A stretch of 64,000 nt of DNA from Octopus vulgaris. Lineage: Eukaryota. Location of the stretch: the NCBI GenBank assembly GCA_951406725.2, contig OX597838.1, forward strand, positions 12,152,001 through 12,216,000, given 5' to 3'. The position numbers and the translations under genes were made by a program. Below, piece by piece: positions 60,921-64,000 of the stretch. Within the stretch, counting starts at the first letter, position 1, and each line of letters opens with the position of its first letter. The notes under the pieces are model-generated. The model was not told the origin of the DNA. It saw nothing but the letters and a program-made list of their open reading frames with translations, and did no database searches.

Positions 60921-61326
60921 GGCGTAGGAGTGGCTGTGTGGTAAGTAGCTTGCTTACGAACCACATGGTTTCGGGTTCAGTCCCACTGCGTGGCACCTTG
61001 GGCAAGTGTCTTCTACTATAACCTCGGACCCACCAAAGCCTTTTGAGTGGATTCGGTAGACGGAAACTGAAAGAAGCCCGTCGTATATATGTATATATAT
61101 ATATGTGTGTGTGTGTATATCTTTGTGTGTCTGTGTTTGTCCCCCTAGCATTGCTTGACAACCGATGCTGGTGTGTTTACGTCCCCGTCACCTAGCGGTT
61201 CGGCAAAAGAGACCGATAGAATAAGTACTGGGCTTACAAAAGAACAAGTCCCGGGGTCGAGTTGCTCGATTAAAGGCGGTGCTCCAGCATGGCTGCAGTC
61301 AAATGACTGAAACAAGTAAAAGAGTA
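60921..61326 (+). mobile_element. Full-length SINE family C (tRNA-like head, CORE-like segment, internal microsatellite)
   Basis: A box TGGCTGTGTGG, B box GGTTCAGTCCC, GGCACCTTGGGCAAGTGTCTT, internal (TA)/(GT)n, tail CAAATGACTGAAACAAGTAAAAGAG; TA flanks. Confidence 0.9.
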
Positions 61327-61591
61327 TATATATATTTCAAATATGGAAATTCTACTTTACTGTATATTTTTACGAGTGTGTATACACATTGCTGTACGAA
61401 GTGGTGGTGGTGATGGTGTTGCTGTTGTTGTTATTGCTGATGTTGTTGTTTGAGTTGTTGTTGTTACAGTTCTTTTCTTTTTGTTGTTACTGTTGTTGTT
61501 GTTGTTGTGATTGTTGCTGTTGTTACAGTAACTTCCCTTCTCGGTGGTTTGTTTGCCCTTCTTGAAATTGCTGCAGCTATTGTTGTTGTTG

Positions 61592-61593
61592 AA

Positions 61594-61633
<40 letters not shown>

Positions 61634-61647
61634 TTGACGAGAATGAA

Positions 61648-61712
<65 letters not shown>

Positions 61713-61732
61713 CGACGATGATGACGACGATG

Positions 61733-61764
<32 letters not shown>

Positions 61765-61776
61765 GATGATGATGAA

Positions 61777-61844
<68 letters not shown>

Positions 61845-61860
61845 CGACGATGATGACGAC

Positions 61861-61919
<59 letters not shown>

Positions 61920-61925
61920 CGACGC

Positions 61926-61988
<63 letters not shown>

Positions 61989-61990
61989 CG
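61592..61990. repeat. (GAT)n microsatellite
   Basis: Direct reading. Confidence 0.98.
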
Positions 61991-62384
61991 ATATTCGTTA
62001 CAACTGTTACTCCATTGCTGTTTTTTTTTGTTTTCTATGTCTTTTTTCTGTTGTTGTTGTTGTTGTGGTTGTTGTTGCGGCCATTATTGATGTTGTTATG
62101 TCTATCGTAGTTGTCCTAATCGGTGTTTTATGCTTCATGTTAAGAAAACAAACAAAAAAGACTAGCGACACTCCACAACGGCCACCACCACCACCACCAC
62201 CACCACCACCACCACCAAATCACAACAACTACAACAACAATAACCACAGCAACGATAACGACCTGTACTAACATTGGCAACATCACGTGACCGACAACTG
62301 ACGGCGAATAAGTATTTATTGCCCGTTTATGTCCCTCGGTAAGATTTATGTTTCGTTCCAGACTCGGTCAGAATGTGAAACTGT

Positions 62385-62409
62385 ATGTTTGTCTATATGT
62401 GTATGTGTA

Positions 62410-62455
<46 letters not shown>

Positions 62456-62734
62456 TGTGTGTGCGCGCGTGCATGTGTGTGTACGTGAATGTGGTGTGTG
62501 CGCGTGTATCTGCATATGTATATACACATACACACACACACATATATATACATATATAATATATATATACATATACATACATATATATATATATATATTA
62601 TATGTATATATGTATATATTATATATATATATATATATATGTGTGTATATTATCTATATGATATAAGTGTGTATATATTTATCTACATATATATACATAT
62701 ATATGTGTGCATACAAATACATATATATATGTGT

Positions 62735-62797
<63 letters not shown>

Positions 62798-62808
62798 TAT
62801 ATATATAT

Positions 62809-62845
<37 letters not shown>

Positions 62846-63550
62846 TACTATATATATTTAAATATATACTATATATACATATATATATTTGCATGCACAC
62901 ACATTTACAAACACCCAGTTGCATGCATTTATGCCTGTGTGCGCGTATGTATACATATGCACTTTTTTTGGGAAGAGCCACAAAAACCTTTGACACAATC
63001 ATCATCATTAACACCAACAACAATCCCATCTACTACCCACCACATACACCACAGGCACATACACACACATACATACAATCACACTCCTTCACACACACAC
63101 ACACACACACTCTGACATGCGCGCGTACGCACACACACACACACACACACACACGCATAGACGCATACACACATAAACCCTCACACACATACAAAATTCC
63201 TCTTATTCTCTTTATTTAACCTCTTTGGTCTTTGTCTTTATTTGTTTTCCTTCCAAATCTTTCCCTTTCTTTCTCCCTTTCTCTCCCTCACACTCTCACC
63301 CTCTCCGTATCTCTCCCCTCTTCTCTACTTTCTCTTCCTTTCTCTAACTTCCTATTGCTTCACCTCCTCACTGGCTGTATATCTGTCTGTCATCCTCTCT
63401 CACTTTGTAAGCATATATGTGTATGTGCGCGTGTTTGTGTATGAGTGTATGTGGATTTGTATATATGTAGGTCTATTTGTATAAATATACGTATATGTAT
63501 GTCAGTGTGTCATATATACAAATACATACATATACATACAGTTATATATA

Positions 63551-63583
<33 letters not shown>

Positions 63584-63661
63584 ATATATATATATATGTA
63601 TGTGTATATATGTGTATATATATATGTGTACATATATACCTATATATATGTACATATAAAC

Positions 63662-63714
<53 letters not shown>

Positions 63715-63763
63715 TATATACATGTATATATATACATATATATATATACATGTATATATATAC

Positions 63764-63816
<53 letters not shown>

Positions 63817-63843
63817 CATATATATATACACATATATATATAC

Positions 63844-63899
<56 letters not shown>

Positions 63900-63921
63900 T
63901 ATACATATATATATATATATG

Positions 63922-63970
<49 letters not shown>

Positions 63971-64000
63971 ATGTATATATATATACAGAGTTATAGATAG
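62385..64000. repeat. (GT)n/(TA)n/(CA)n low-complexity region
   Basis: Direct reading. Confidence 0.95.

Overview
This is eukaryotic, AT-rich DNA that is extremely rich in microsatellites: (TA)n, (CA)n, (TAA)n, (GAT)n, (GGT)n, (AAG)n and (GATA)n tracts fill a large part of the window. I found no host protein-coding gene. Almost every ORF in the supplied track is a simple-repeat artefact, so this is probably intergenic or deep intronic sequence. The SINE and microsatellite landscape suggests a coleoid cephalopod such as Octopus (inference only). The non-repetitive islands are mostly transposon relics: three tRNA-headed SINE families (here called A, B and C, several with clear target-site duplications), R4/Dong-clade LINE fragments sitting in (TAA)n, a ~555-bp non-coding element nested twice in Dong tails, CR1-like and RTE-BovB-like LINE ends, a DD37E Tc1-like transposase pseudogene, a Helitron Rep fragment, a complete non-autonomous Helitron, a MITE and several fold-back palindromes. 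The most striking signal is a dense set of type I hammerhead ribozyme (HHR) motifs from several unrelated sequence families. Most lie in short inserts beside or inside (TA)n tracts, several are followed by AATAAA, and most have a minimal or palindromic helix III. Four have a canonical CUGANGA/GAAA core (32107, 39912, 45750, 50172). Others share recurrent core variants (CCGANGA, CUGUYGA). The pattern fits Penelope-like pseudo-LTR or retrozyme-type elements. All coordinates and structures were read by eye, and element ends are approximate.
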